In this document: positions 43,790 to 53,213 of the stretch, piece after piece | Numbering within the stretch: position 1 is the first letter of the stretch | How the letters are laid out: each line of letters begins with the position of its first letter | Assembly (NCBI GenBank): GCA_963749905.1 | Contig: CAVVOF010000003.1 | Location: forward strand, 980,235 to 1,044,234 | Length of the DNA stretch: 64,000 nucleotides | From: an uncultured Actinomycetota bacterium | Lineage (GTDB): Bacteria > Actinomycetota > Actinomycetes > S36-B12 | Reading direction: 5' to 3' | Notes under the pieces: model-generated | The model's input: only the letters and a program-made list of their open reading frames with translations | Database searches by the model: none | What the model was told of the DNA's origin: nothing | Program-made: the position numbers and the translations under genes

Positions 43790-44728
43790 TCAGGATGAGC
43801 TGACTGCAGCAATGCCGACTGCGAGAAGCGTCGTGACGCCGAGGATGCCCTGAAGCGCGAGGACTGACACCGGGACGGAGCGGCCCTGCTCCTGCAGGAC
43901 GTGGGCGAGGTGGTCGCGGCCCGCGGTGAAGGGATGGATCCCTGCCCGAAGCCGCTTGACCACCACATAGGTCGTGTCGAGGAGCGGGAGCGCGACGAGG
44001 AGGAGAGCGATCACCACTCCGGTCGCAGGGGTGACGGTCTCCGGACGGAGTCGAATCACGAGGGATGCGAGGAGGAACCCAAGGAAGTAGGCGCCCGAGT
44101 CGCCCATGTAGACGCGTGCGGGATGCCAGTTGTGCCACAGGTACCCGACACAGACTCCCACGAGGGCGAATCCCAGCAGTGAGACCAGTTCCTGCCCGAA
44201 CATGACGGCGATCAGGCTCGCTCCGAGGGCGGACAGAAGCACCGTTGCGCCAGCGAGTCCGTCCGAGTTGTCCAGGAGATTGATGCCGTTCACCACGACC
44301 ATGAACCACAGGATGGTGAGTGGCAGATCCACGGCCACGATTCCGGTGAGTTCGATCCGGGTCCCGAGCAGCCAGGCCAGGGCGCCAAGCGCCGCCTGCA
44401 GCGCTAGCCGAAGGGTCGGACGGAGGTGGCGCAGGTCGTCCACGTAGCCGACACACGCAGCCCCCAGAGATGGTACGAGTACGCCGACGGCCAGTCCTGC
44501 GGCCTCTGGTCGCCCGGCCAGTAGCAGGACAGTCAGTGCGCTCGCACTGAACGCCAGCGCGACAGCGAGGCCGCCCAACTTGGGAATGGGCCGGTGCTGG
44601 ACCTTCCGGACTCCGTCGGGGTGGTCGTGGAAGCCGAGCCGATGGGAGACCCTGATGCTGGCTGCGACCGTCAGGCCCGCAAGCACCGCCGTCCCGGCCA
44701 CGACGGCCAGGTAGGCAAGAGCGCTCAC
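43790..44728 (-). CDS. Polyprenyl-phosphate GlcNAc-1-phosphate transferase (WecA/TagO/Rfe, MraY superfamily)
   Basis: RKVQHRPIPKLGG, GYVDD, NGINLLDNSDGLA, YMGDSG, PLLDT, GRDHLAH. Confidence 0.9.
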   Translation of the reverse strand: MSALAYLAVVAGTAVLAGLTVAASIRVSHRLGFHDHPDGVRKVQHRPIPKLGGLAVALAFSASALTVLLLAGRPEAAGLAVGVLVPSLGAACVGYVDDLRHLRPTLRLALQAALGALAWLLGTRIELTGIVAVDLPLTILWFMVVVNGINLLDNSDGLAGATVLLSALGASLIAVMFGQELVSLLGFALVGVCVGYLWHNWHPARVYMGDSGAYFLGFLLASLVIRLRPETVTPATGVVIALLLVALPLLDTTYVVVKRLRAGIHPFTAGRDHLAHVLQEQGRSVPVSVLALQGILGVTTLLAVGIAAVSSS

Positions 44729-45699
44729 GGCCCGTTGCGTGTCTTCAGATCGGACGCGACGTCCAGCACGATGTCATCGAGGGTCTGGGTGGGCTGCCAG
44801 TCGAGGAGGGCACGGATGCGCCCGGTATCGGGCCGCCGACGCTGCATGTCCTCGAAGCCGGCCTCGTAGGCCTCGTCGTAGGGGACGAGCACGATCTCGC
44901 TGTCTGAGGCGGTGAGGTGGCGCACCCGCTCGGCCAGCTCGCGGATGCTGACCTCGTCCTGTGAGCCGACGTTGAAGACCTGCCCCTCCGCGTCTGGTGC
45001 TTCGACAACGCCGATCAGGGCGGTGACGACGTCGCTGACGTGGCAGAAGCAACGCGTCTGCTCCCCGGTGCCGTAGACCGTCATCGGGGCACCTCTCAGT
45101 GCCTGATCGACCAGTCGAGGGACCACCATTCCGTAGTGCCCCACCTGACGGGCGCCCACGGTGTTGAACAGGCGGACGATCACGGTGGGCAGCCCCTTCT
45201 GTCGCCAGTAGGCGTGGGCCAGCACCTCCTCGATGGCCTTGGCCTCGCTGTAGGACCAGCGCGTCTTCAGTGGCGAGCCAAGGATGCGGTCATCCGATTC
45301 GTGCAGGGCGTCCGATGTGTTCTTGCCGTAGATCTCGCTCGTCGACGTGACGAGCACCTTGCGCCCGTACTTGTGGCACTTCTCCAGCACGATCTCGGAG
45401 CCACGGATGTTGGTGGCCAGGCTCTCCAGCGGTCGCTCGACGATCAGATTGACGCCGACGGCGGCGGCCAGGTGCAGGACGACGTCCGCTCGTCGGACGG
45501 CATCGTCGACCACCGCCTCGTTGAGGATCGACCCCATGATGAACTCGACGGCAGGATCACCGACATGATCGCGGAGGTTGTCGTGTCGACCGGTCGACAG
45601 ATCGTCCAGGACGGTGACAGCGTGACCGCGCGCGACGAGAGCGTCGACCAGATGCGAACCGATGAAGCCGGCTCCGCCGGTCACCAGGTACCTGGACAC
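44725..45699 (-). CDS. NAD-dependent nucleotide-sugar epimerase/dehydratase (extended SDR)
   Basis: [48 protein letters not shown]; GGAGG RBS. Confidence 0.9.
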   Translation of the reverse strand: MSRYLVTGGAGFIGSHLVDALVARGHAVTVLDDLSTGRHDNLRDHVGDPAVEFIMGSILNEAVVDDAVRRADVVLHLAAAVGVNLIVERPLESLATNIRGSEIVLEKCHKYGRKVLVTSTSEIYGKNTSDALHESDDRILGSPLKTRWSYSEAKAIEEVLAHAYWRQKGLPTVIVRLFNTVGARQVGHYGMVVPRLVDQALRGAPMTVYGTGEQTRCFCHVSDVVTALIGVVEAPDAEGQVFNVGSQDEVSIRELAERVRHLTASDSEIVLVPYDEAYEAGFEDMQRRRPDTGRIRALLDWQPTQTLDDIVLDVASDLKTRNGP

Positions 45700-45762
45700 G
45701 GGTCTCCCTCCTTGCGTCGCCGACATCGTTCCACACTCGGGTCTGGTGACAGACTGCCCCAC

Positions 45763-46920
45763 ATGGGGGAGTCACCGCGCCGGCCGATCAGGGTGATGCA
45801 CGTCATCGCCCGCATGAATGTGGGCGGGCCTGCGGTGGAGATCACCGAACTCATGCGCGGCCTCGACCCCGGTCGTATCAGCCAGCGTCTGGTGACGGGC
45901 CATTGCGGAGTCGACGAGGCCGACTTCCTGCAGACGCAGGCGGTTGACGTGTCCGCTACGAGGATCGAGGGCCTCGGGCGAAGCATCCGACCCGCAGACG
46001 ACGCACGCGCCCTGGCGCGGTTGGTGCAGATGATCCGAGCCTCGCGCCCGGACATAGTGCACACGCACACCGCGAAGGCCGGAGTCCTCGGACGCGTGGC
46101 TGCCGTGATTGCGGGTACCGGCTCGGGAATCGTTCACACCCACCACGGCCATCTGCTGCACGGCTACTTCGGCCCCGCGAAGACGGCGGCAGTGGTCCGG
46201 GTGGAGCGGCAGCTGGCCTTGGTCACCGAGCGGATGGTGGCCGTCGGAGTGCAGGTGCGTGACGACCTCCTTGAGGCCGGCATCGGTCGACCGCATCAGT
46301 ACTCCGTCATCCACTCGGGCGTGCGTCCAGGGCCGCTTCCCGGGCGGTCAGAAGCTCGGCGCGAGCTTGGGCTGCCGCAGGGATCCGCGATCGTGAGCAT
46401 GATCGGAAGGCTCACGCACATCAAGAGGCCCGATCGGCTCGCCGACGTGGCTGCCCTCCTCCACGCGCAGGGCCTTGACGCCCACTTCGTCGTTGCGGGG
46501 GGAGGTGACGAGCAGCGCACCCTGTCTCAGCGGATCGAGAAGGAGGGGCTCCCGATCACGATGCTGGGTTGGCGCAGCGACCTGTGGCGCGTCCTCGCCG
46601 CAACTGACGTCGTGCTGCTGACGAGTGACAACGAGGGCACACCGCTCAGTCTCGTCCAAGCGGGTCTGGCAGGCGTGCCTGCGGTAGCGACCGACGTCGG
46701 CTCCGTTTCGGAGGTGGTGGAATCAGGGGTCACCGGGCTGCTCTGCAGCACCTCGGCAAGGGAGTTGGCCGACGCCTTGACCGTCCTCATCGGCGATCCA
46801 GAGCTGCGCTCGGCCATGGGCACGGCAGCCCGGGAGAAGGCACTGCTCGAATTCGGCGTGCAGGCCTTCCTGGATCAGCATGCTGCGCTTTACGAGGCGG
46901 TGGCGCGACGCCGGGCGTAG
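45763..46920 (+). CDS. GT4 glycosyltransferase
   Basis: HVIARMNVGGPA, VHTHTAKAG, GRLTHIKRP, LTSDNEGTPLSLVQA, ATDVG. Confidence 0.92.
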   Translation: MGESPRRPIRVMHVIARMNVGGPAVEITELMRGLDPGRISQRLVTGHCGVDEADFLQTQAVDVSATRIEGLGRSIRPADDARALARLVQMIRASRPDIVHTHTAKAGVLGRVAAVIAGTGSGIVHTHHGHLLHGYFGPAKTAAVVRVERQLALVTERMVAVGVQVRDDLLEAGIGRPHQYSVIHSGVRPGPLPGRSEARRELGLPQGSAIVSMIGRLTHIKRPDRLADVAALLHAQGLDAHFVVAGGGDEQRTLSQRIEKEGLPITMLGWRSDLWRVLAATDVVLLTSDNEGTPLSLVQAGLAGVPAVATDVGSVSEVVESGVTGLLCSTSARELADALTVLIGDPELRSAMGTAAREKALLEFGVQAFLDQHAALYEAVARRRA

Positions 46921-46929
46921 GAGACTGCG

Positions 46930-48036
46930 CTACTGCGCGGCGCTCAGGATGCGCTCCGCAACCTGAGCGGCCGGCTCCTCGGGACCGGCCCACACCATCT
47001 GGTATGTCTGCTGGCGCATGGCCGCCAGCCGCCAGAAGTGGTCACTGGCGTTCGCGGGAGTGGCGATCTCCACCACTCGCGCAGAGCTCGGGCTGAAGGC
47101 CACGTTGGACAGGCCGGCGCCGTGCGTTCCCATCACGACGGCCGCCTCTGCGAACAGCGACACCTGCTCGGTCAGGGAAAGCGTGTGGCCCTCGACGACC
47201 TCGAGCTGCGGGAACATCCGCCGCAGGTTCGCGATCACGCCCTGCTCCTGCGGCATCGACCTTCGGAAGCCGACCCGTGACACGTACAGCCACCGGTGGC
47301 CCGGGGTGTCTGCGAGTCCGAAATGAGCGCGCAGCGTTGCAAGGCTCGACGGATGTACGTGCGAACTGAGGAACCCGCTAGCCGCCAGCCGCTGGACCGT
47401 GACCTTGGTGGCCGGTGTCGCGTGCACCTCGTTGGGGAGGGTGGATAGCGCGTCGGAAACGTAGCGGTGCCGGTTCGCGGGAGCGAGAACGCCTGCCTCG
47501 ACACCAAGGTGGTCCCGGGAGTAGGCGAGGGATGACAGCAGCGCCGGGAGGTCCTCGACAAGGAAGTGGTAGTAAGTGTGACTCGGCAGGACGGCCCAGG
47601 TCCCCCTGATTCGCTCGCGTGCCGAGCGTCGCGCGAGCCCCCGGACATCCTGTGATCGGGAGTAGCGGCTGTCGCCGCCCATGACCTCCACAACGGGGGC
47701 GCCCTCCGATCCCCAGACGGCCCCCGATTCGGGCGCCACGGAAGCCTCGGCAAGGCAGTAGCTCCAGGACGAGGGGATCGCCTGGTCCCTCGGGAGCCAC
47801 TCCGGAAGATCTCGCCGTGCGGGGAACCGAAGCACCTCTGCTGGGTGGCGTAGCCGCATGGCCTCCACCGTTGCCGTGAGGCGATCGGGCGGGCGGGTGG
47901 CGAGCGGACGAGACGCGGTCGACGTGCCTACTCGACCCGCGATGATGCGCTCGCAGGCGCGCAGCAGGGCCGTTCCGCGCCGGGCGTTCCAGTAGCGCAG
48001 GCGGTACTCCCAAGATTCCCGTCGGTCGGAGGTCAT
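46930..48036 (-). CDS. GT61 / DUF563 family glycosyltransferase
   Basis: TYYHFLVEDLP, LYVSR, R...QE, LSLTEQVSLFAEAAVVMGTHGAGLSN. Confidence 0.85.
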   Translation of the reverse strand: MTSDRRESWEYRLRYWNARRGTALLRACERIIAGRVGTSTASRPLATRPPDRLTATVEAMRLRHPAEVLRFPARRDLPEWLPRDQAIPSSWSYCLAEASVAPESGAVWGSEGAPVVEVMGGDSRYSRSQDVRGLARRSARERIRGTWAVLPSHTYYHFLVEDLPALLSSLAYSRDHLGVEAGVLAPANRHRYVSDALSTLPNEVHATPATKVTVQRLAASGFLSSHVHPSSLATLRAHFGLADTPGHRWLYVSRVGFRRSMPQEQGVIANLRRMFPQLEVVEGHTLSLTEQVSLFAEAAVVMGTHGAGLSNVAFSPSSARVVEIATPANASDHFWRLAAMRQQTYQMVWAGPEEPAAQVAERILSAAQ

Positions 48037-49100
48037 CGATGCAGATGCTCCCAGCCGAGCCCGGTGAATGACGGGCCGATGATCGCCTCGCTGTACGCGA
48101 CCCCGATGTGCCCCGCGTTCCACTCAAGGAGCCGGACGTCCTCCTTGGCGTCCACCGTCAGGTCCCACCCGATCAGGCCGAAATGGGGGAACCGCTCGTG
48201 CAGGCCGCGGGCGAGTTCGACGGCCTCGCGATAGCGAGGCAGTCGCCCGCCCGGCACGGTTCTGCCCGTTTCCGGATGCACCGGGCTGGGGAGCCAATCG
48301 TCGCCGTGACCGATCTCGGCCAGACGGCCGTCATCGGAGACGACGGCGACCATGAACTTGCTTCCCCCCCGCACGGCGTCCTGGCCGACGCGTCCGAACT
48401 TCACATTGCCGCAACGCACGGTGACCTCGCCGTCCAGCTCGCGAACGGTGACGATCCGATAGGTGGCGACGGGTCCACTGACTACTGCCTCGAGAGATGC
48501 GTGCGGTCGTATCCGCTCCTGGATCACAGCGTCCCCCAGCGTGTTCGCCTCCGCGCCGCGCAGTTCATCGAGTGACATGCTCCGAACCTGGTAGCCGCGG
48601 TACCCACCGTCTCGCTTGACGATGACAGTGTCGTGGACAGCCGCTATCGCCTCAAGCAGCCTCGTTCGTCCGATCTCCAGGAGATCCCGGTCATACCACC
48701 TGCCCCGGAGGACGTATCCGAGATCGGGGAGCGGAGCGCCCGGCAGCAGTCTGCGCGTCAGCGTCTTCGTGCTCGCCAGGCTCCCCAGGTGACCCGACAT
48801 CGCCGGCCCCACCCACCGGCCCATGTAGGTGGCCGGGATCCAGCCCTCCAGGAACTCCCCTCGCATGGCGGTGTAGACGTAGAGCCAAGGAGCGTGCCAT
48901 CGCGAACCGAGTACGTCCGTCGCGTACTGATCGCACGAGCGGCGCTGCGCGGAGTCCAGGTGGGCGCCCGCGTTGCGGACCGCGTTGTCCAGGGACTCCA
49001 GGGCGTCGATCCGCTGCGCCCGGTATGCCCGTGCGTGCTCGACGGAGGCGGCCAGGCTCTCCCAGCGCGTCGCAGCCCTGCGGGCTAGGTTGCTGACCAC
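48033..49100 (-). CDS. Sugar-transfer-associated ATP-grasp protein
   Basis: VIVKRDGGYRG, VIQERI..H, ATYRIVT, HPETG, IGWDL, LLEWN. Confidence 0.8.
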   Translation of the reverse strand: MVSNLARRAATRWESLAASVEHARAYRAQRIDALESLDNAVRNAGAHLDSAQRRSCDQYATDVLGSRWHAPWLYVYTAMRGEFLEGWIPATYMGRWVGPAMSGHLGSLASTKTLTRRLLPGAPLPDLGYVLRGRWYDRDLLEIGRTRLLEAIAAVHDTVIVKRDGGYRGYQVRSMSLDELRGAEANTLGDAVIQERIRPHASLEAVVSGPVATYRIVTVRELDGEVTVRCGNVKFGRVGQDAVRGGSKFMVAVVSDDGRLAEIGHGDDWLPSPVHPETGRTVPGGRLPRYREAVELARGLHERFPHFGLIGWDLTVDAKEDVRLLEWNAGHIGVAYSEAIIGPSFTGLGWEHLHR

Positions 49101-49203
49101 GTTCCGTACCTCTCGTCGACTACATCCTGCCGTGTCGTCCCGGCGGCCGCTCGCGGTTGGAGGCTCGGGGCGGGTGCCACCGCCCCGATTAGGCTGGCGA
49201 CCC

Positions 49204-49977
49204 ATGGCGACCGTCGACGTGCTGATGCCAGTGCGGGAGCCCGCGCCGTGGCTGCGCCACTCGCTGGATGGCCTGATGGAGGAGTCGGACGTCGACTGGA
49301 GACTTGTGCTCGTCGTGCACGGACCCGATGAGGCCACGTCGCGCACGGCAGACCGCTATCCAGTCCCACTCACCCTGTGCCATGCGGACGCGTCGTGTTC
49401 GCTCTCCGAGGTGCTCAACGTGGGGCTGGCCAACTGCACCGCTCCCTTCGTCGCCCGTGTGGATTCGGATGACGTCCCCCTGCGTGGACGTCTCGCGGAG
49501 ACGTCTCGACGCCTGGCCGAGGATCCAGATCTGACGGCCGTGGCTTCGTGGTCGGAGCTCGTCGACGCGGACGGTCGCGTCGCGGGCCGGGGTCCGCGTC
49601 CGTCGGATGAGGCGAACCTGCTGCGGGCGCTGCGATGGCGGAACGCCGTGGTGCATTCGAGTGTGACCTTCCGCCGGACCACCATCATCGACCTCGGGGG
49701 CTACACGGCAGGGCTGTCACAAGTCGAGGACTACGAACTCTGGCTCAGAGTGCTCGCCCACGGGCGATTCGGCCTGGTGCCCGAGGTGCTCGTACAGCAT
49801 CGGGTGCACCCCGACCAGGTGAGCCGGATCCGAGCAGTGCCGGCGGCCTCGGCACGGGCGGTTGGAGCTTCGCGGCTCGCGCTGGCCGACGGGCGCGGTG
49901 AGTCGGGCGCGGCGGCGCGGCTGCGTCACGCTGCCTGGTCGGGTCTGCAGACAACGCGTCGGTGGCACCGTGGCTAG
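49204..49977 (+). CDS. GT2 glycosyltransferase
   Basis: VDVLMPV, LNVGL, VARVDSDD, HSSVTFR, GGY...VEDYELWLR. Confidence 0.9.
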   Translation: MATVDVLMPVREPAPWLRHSLDGLMEESDVDWRLVLVVHGPDEATSRTADRYPVPLTLCHADASCSLSEVLNVGLANCTAPFVARVDSDDVPLRGRLAETSRRLAEDPDLTAVASWSELVDADGRVAGRGPRPSDEANLLRALRWRNAVVHSSVTFRRTTIIDLGGYTAGLSQVEDYELWLRVLAHGRFGLVPEVLVQHRVHPDQVSRIRAVPAASARAVGASRLALADGRGESGAAARLRHAAWSGLQTTRRWHRG

Positions 49978-51247
49978 GACGAGCCGGATTGCAGTCGAGC
50001 AGGTCCAGAACGTGGATGGCACCGTCAATCGCATGATCATGCAGGGCCGTGGCTCGATCGTGCTGCCAAGGACGATCCGCGTCGAGTATCTCCATGTCGA
50101 TGAATCGAGTCCGAGGTCGGTCGACGTGCTCGACGGATATCTGATGGGGGCTCTCCACTGGGCGATGGCAATCGGCGATCCGCTGGTGGTAGGTGGGCCG
50201 GTCACCCGAGCGGCTCTGCGGAATGCCGATGCGCTGATGGAGATCTGGGAGAGCTGGGTTCCGGACCGTTACCGGCGGATCGACATCCGTCCGGACACGG
50301 TGGTGGATGCCCCAGCGGGTGCCCTCTGGGAAGGCGACGGGGAGCGCGCGATTGCCGCCTTCTCGGGTGGTGTGGACTCGACCTTCACCCTGCTGAGGCA
50401 CGTCACTGGTTCCCCCGTTGCTTGGCCGTACGAGGTCCGGGACTCCGTCATGGTGCATGGCTTCGACGTTCCGCTTCACGACCGCTCGGCATTCGAGGGT
50501 CTCGTCAGGCGCACTGATCCGCTTCTCGAGGCGCTCGGCGTGCAGCGCCACGTCGTCAGGACCAACGTGCGCGAGTGGCCAGAACTCGACTGGGAGCAGA
50601 CCTATGGCGCACAGCTCGCCTGCGTGCTCCACCAGTTCTCGGGCGAATTCACCCACGGACTGATAGCGGGAGGGCCGCACTACCTGTCTCGGTGGACCGG
50701 TTGGGGAAGCACCGCACTCACGGACCCGCTGCTGTCGGGAGCTCGCATGGCGATCGTCCACGATGGTGCGGCCTTCACCCGGATCCCGAAGGTCTCGGTC
50801 ATCGCAGGTCACGACGTCGCGAAGGCTTCCGTCAAGGTGTGCTGGCAGGGGCCGTCACCCGAGCGGAACTGCGGCACATGCGAGAAGTGCCTTCGCACCA
50901 GGCTTTCCTTCTTGGCGGTCGGAGAGACCGAACCAGGATGCTTCGACGGTTCCCTTGACCTGGGTGCCATCCGAAGGATCTCCGTGCACAACCATCACGG
51001 CCTTCGGGACCTGCATCGCATCGTGGACTACTGCGACGCTCACGGGGTGGAGGGACACTGGCTCGACGCGCTGCGCTCGCGGTTGGACGAGCTGGACGCG
51101 AGTCACGTCGCAGGCGGTCCCGGCGGTCGGCGTCGGGTGCGGGCAGCCGGGGCACGTCGAACTCTCAGGCGGCTTCGAATGCGAGCCCGGGTTGCGGCGA
51201 GGGGTGCTACTCGGTTGAGCCGCTCAGCGGATCGACCTGAGTCGTGA
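49970..51247 (+). CDS. PP-loop (adenine nucleotide alpha-hydrolase) protein with QueC-like Cys motif
   Basis: AAFSGGVDSTFTL PP-loop, VHGFD, and C-terminal VCW-x7-NCGTCEKC. Confidence 0.65.
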   Translation: MARTSRIAVEQVQNVDGTVNRMIMQGRGSIVLPRTIRVEYLHVDESSPRSVDVLDGYLMGALHWAMAIGDPLVVGGPVTRAALRNADALMEIWESWVPDRYRRIDIRPDTVVDAPAGALWEGDGERAIAAFSGGVDSTFTLLRHVTGSPVAWPYEVRDSVMVHGFDVPLHDRSAFEGLVRRTDPLLEALGVQRHVVRTNVREWPELDWEQTYGAQLACVLHQFSGEFTHGLIAGGPHYLSRWTGWGSTALTDPLLSGARMAIVHDGAAFTRIPKVSVIAGHDVAKASVKVCWQGPSPERNCGTCEKCLRTRLSFLAVGETEPGCFDGSLDLGAIRRISVHNHHGLRDLHRIVDYCDAHGVEGHWLDALRSRLDELDASHVAGGPGGRRRVRAAGARRTLRRLRMRARVAARGATRLSRSADRPES

Positions 51248-52323
51248 CGGCCCACCCGAGTTTCGGGCTGCTGGTCGCCCCGACGATGAACCTTGGTGAC
51301 GATATCCAGGCCCTGGCCGCGCTCCGGTATCTGCCCGGCGCCAGCTACCTCATCGACCGGGATGACCTCGGCGCCGCGGCCGCTCCTGCCGGAACCCCGC
51401 TGGTGGCGAACGGTTGGTGGGTCAACTATCCCGAGCGACTCAGCATGTCCACGTGCCGGCTGGATCCGCTGCTCACGTCGATCCACATCGCTCGTTCGGG
51501 GGTCCTCAGCGCGAACGGCACCTCGGTCATCGACGTGCTCGACAGGCCGGAGGTCCTGGAGTACCTACGCGAGCGCGGACCCGTGGGCTGCCGGGATCTC
51601 GCCTCTCGTGACCTGCTGGTCGAGCGCGGCGTCGACGCGTTCTTCTCTGGTTGCCTGACGTTGACCCTGCCGTTGACGGCCAAGGGCGTCGCACAGCCTT
51701 CCGCAACTCGAATCCTGGCGGTGGATATGCCGCGTCGTCTCATGGCACTTGTACGCAGATGGAGTGGTCTGCCGGTCGCGACGTTGACGAACTGGATCTC
51801 GCCGCGGGCCGCGGGCCGGGAGCGCCTCCTGGCTGCTCGTCATCGACTGCTGCAGATCGAGCGGGCGCACGCGGTCATCACCACCCGCCTCCACGTGGCC
51901 CTTCCCTGCATCTCGCTTGGTGTCCCCGTGCTGTGGGTGGTGCCCCGCGGACCGGATAGTCGAGTCGACTCCTACCGATCGTGGGTTCCCACGAGCACTG
52001 TCGAGGGCTTGGCCGAGGAGCTGGGTCGGCGGGCGGATGGTTGGCCCGCCAACCCGCGAGCACATGAGGACACGGCCGCCGCACTCGCCGAGTCCGTGCG
52101 ATCCTGGGTATCCGGACGGCGCGCCACTCCTCCCGGAGATAGACACCCACCCGGCGCGGCCCCTCTGGTCACATACGACGGCCTGACCGCCGAGGCGACC
52201 AGACGCTGGGCAGATCTCGACCGCGACGCGAGCTTGCGGGTGCGGCATGCTCGCTGGGCGATGACGGATCGCATTCGACACCGCCGCCGCATTGTCGATG
52301 AGGTGACGAGATCGGGCCTCTAG
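51244..52323 (+). CDS. Polysaccharide pyruvyltransferase family protein
   Basis: NLGDDIQALA, GCRD, FSGCLTLTL, VITTRLHVALPCISLGVP. Confidence 0.85.
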   Translation: MTAHPSFGLLVAPTMNLGDDIQALAALRYLPGASYLIDRDDLGAAAAPAGTPLVANGWWVNYPERLSMSTCRLDPLLTSIHIARSGVLSANGTSVIDVLDRPEVLEYLRERGPVGCRDLASRDLLVERGVDAFFSGCLTLTLPLTAKGVAQPSATRILAVDMPRRLMALVRRWSGLPVATLTNWISPRAAGRERLLAARHRLLQIERAHAVITTRLHVALPCISLGVPVLWVVPRGPDSRVDSYRSWVPTSTVEGLAEELGRRADGWPANPRAHEDTAAALAESVRSWVSGRRATPPGDRHPPGAAPLVTYDGLTAEATRRWADLDRDASLRVRHARWAMTDRIRHRRRIVDEVTRSGL

Positions 52324-52329
52324 GATCGA

Positions 52330-53208
52330 GTGGTGCCTGTTGACGTCATCGTGACTGCCAGCCACGGCTGCCGCCACGCAGCTACGGTGCTGAGTGTCAT
52401 TCGGCAACAGTGCAAGGCCGGCGATCGGCTCCTCGTCCTCGAGTCTGAACCGTGCGACTTCACGCCGGGGGTGGCAGGTGCGGAAGATCATGTGACCGGC
52501 TCGGTTGACGACTTCGAGAGCCGAGTCGAGGGTCTGCGGCGGTCGACGGGCGACACCGTGCTCATCCTCGAGGACCACGGAGTCCCCGAGCCTGAGTTCC
52601 TCGAGGCCCTTCGCACGTACTTCGGCGAACACAAGGACCAGACCGCAGTCACCTTCTGGATGCGGAACGGCTCCCTGGACGGGGCGGCTTCGCGAGCGCT
52701 CTTCGCCTTCGTCGCTGGTGCGGCAGTGTCGACGCGAACGGCTGGCCGTCCGGCGATTGTCGCCTCGTCCTTTGCCCTCACCGGTCAGGAACTCGAGGAC
52801 TGCCGTCAGGCGGCCCGTGACGGTGTGTTGGCCCCCGGAAACCTTGAGTACCAGGTCATTCCGCGGCTCCTTTCGGGGGCGAAGAGCTCGGTTCCCACCG
52901 AGCTGACGCTCATCCACCATCAGCGCAACACCGTGCGTGAGGCCCTCAGCGCCACCTACTGGAACGCACGCCAAACTGGCTGGGTGGAACGTGATGCGAG
53001 ACTGTCGGGGGGCGCTGTCCGCCACACCGTCAAGCGGTATCCGGGACGAGCCGTCCGGCTGCTGCGACGAGGTCGAGGAGATCTGCCCGAGCGCTGCATC
53101 CTTGTCGCCATGGGCTCTGTGGGGCTGGCCGGTTGGTGGGCCGGCAGGCTTCATGGTCCCGGACGGTCCGCTACCAGGCTGCGCGATGCGCACCCAGTCC
53201 CCGCCTGA
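52330..53208 (+). CDS. GT-A fold (GT2-like) protein
   Basis: VDVIVTA, VLILEDH (DXD-like), hydrophobic C-terminus. Confidence 0.5.
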   Translation: MVPVDVIVTASHGCRHAATVLSVIRQQCKAGDRLLVLESEPCDFTPGVAGAEDHVTGSVDDFESRVEGLRRSTGDTVLILEDHGVPEPEFLEALRTYFGEHKDQTAVTFWMRNGSLDGAASRALFAFVAGAAVSTRTAGRPAIVASSFALTGQELEDCRQAARDGVLAPGNLEYQVIPRLLSGAKSSVPTELTLIHHQRNTVREALSATYWNARQTGWVERDARLSGGAVRHTVKRYPGRAVRLLRRGRGDLPERCILVAMGSVGLAGWWAGRLHGPGRSATRLRDAHPVPA

Positions 53209-53213
53209 GTCCG

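Noticed and set aside
49970-51247. PP-loop protein as a QatC/QueC-type antiphage or queuosine gene
   Set aside because: No qatABD, TatD, queD/E/F or other defence genes are nearby, and it is translationally coupled to glycan enzymes.
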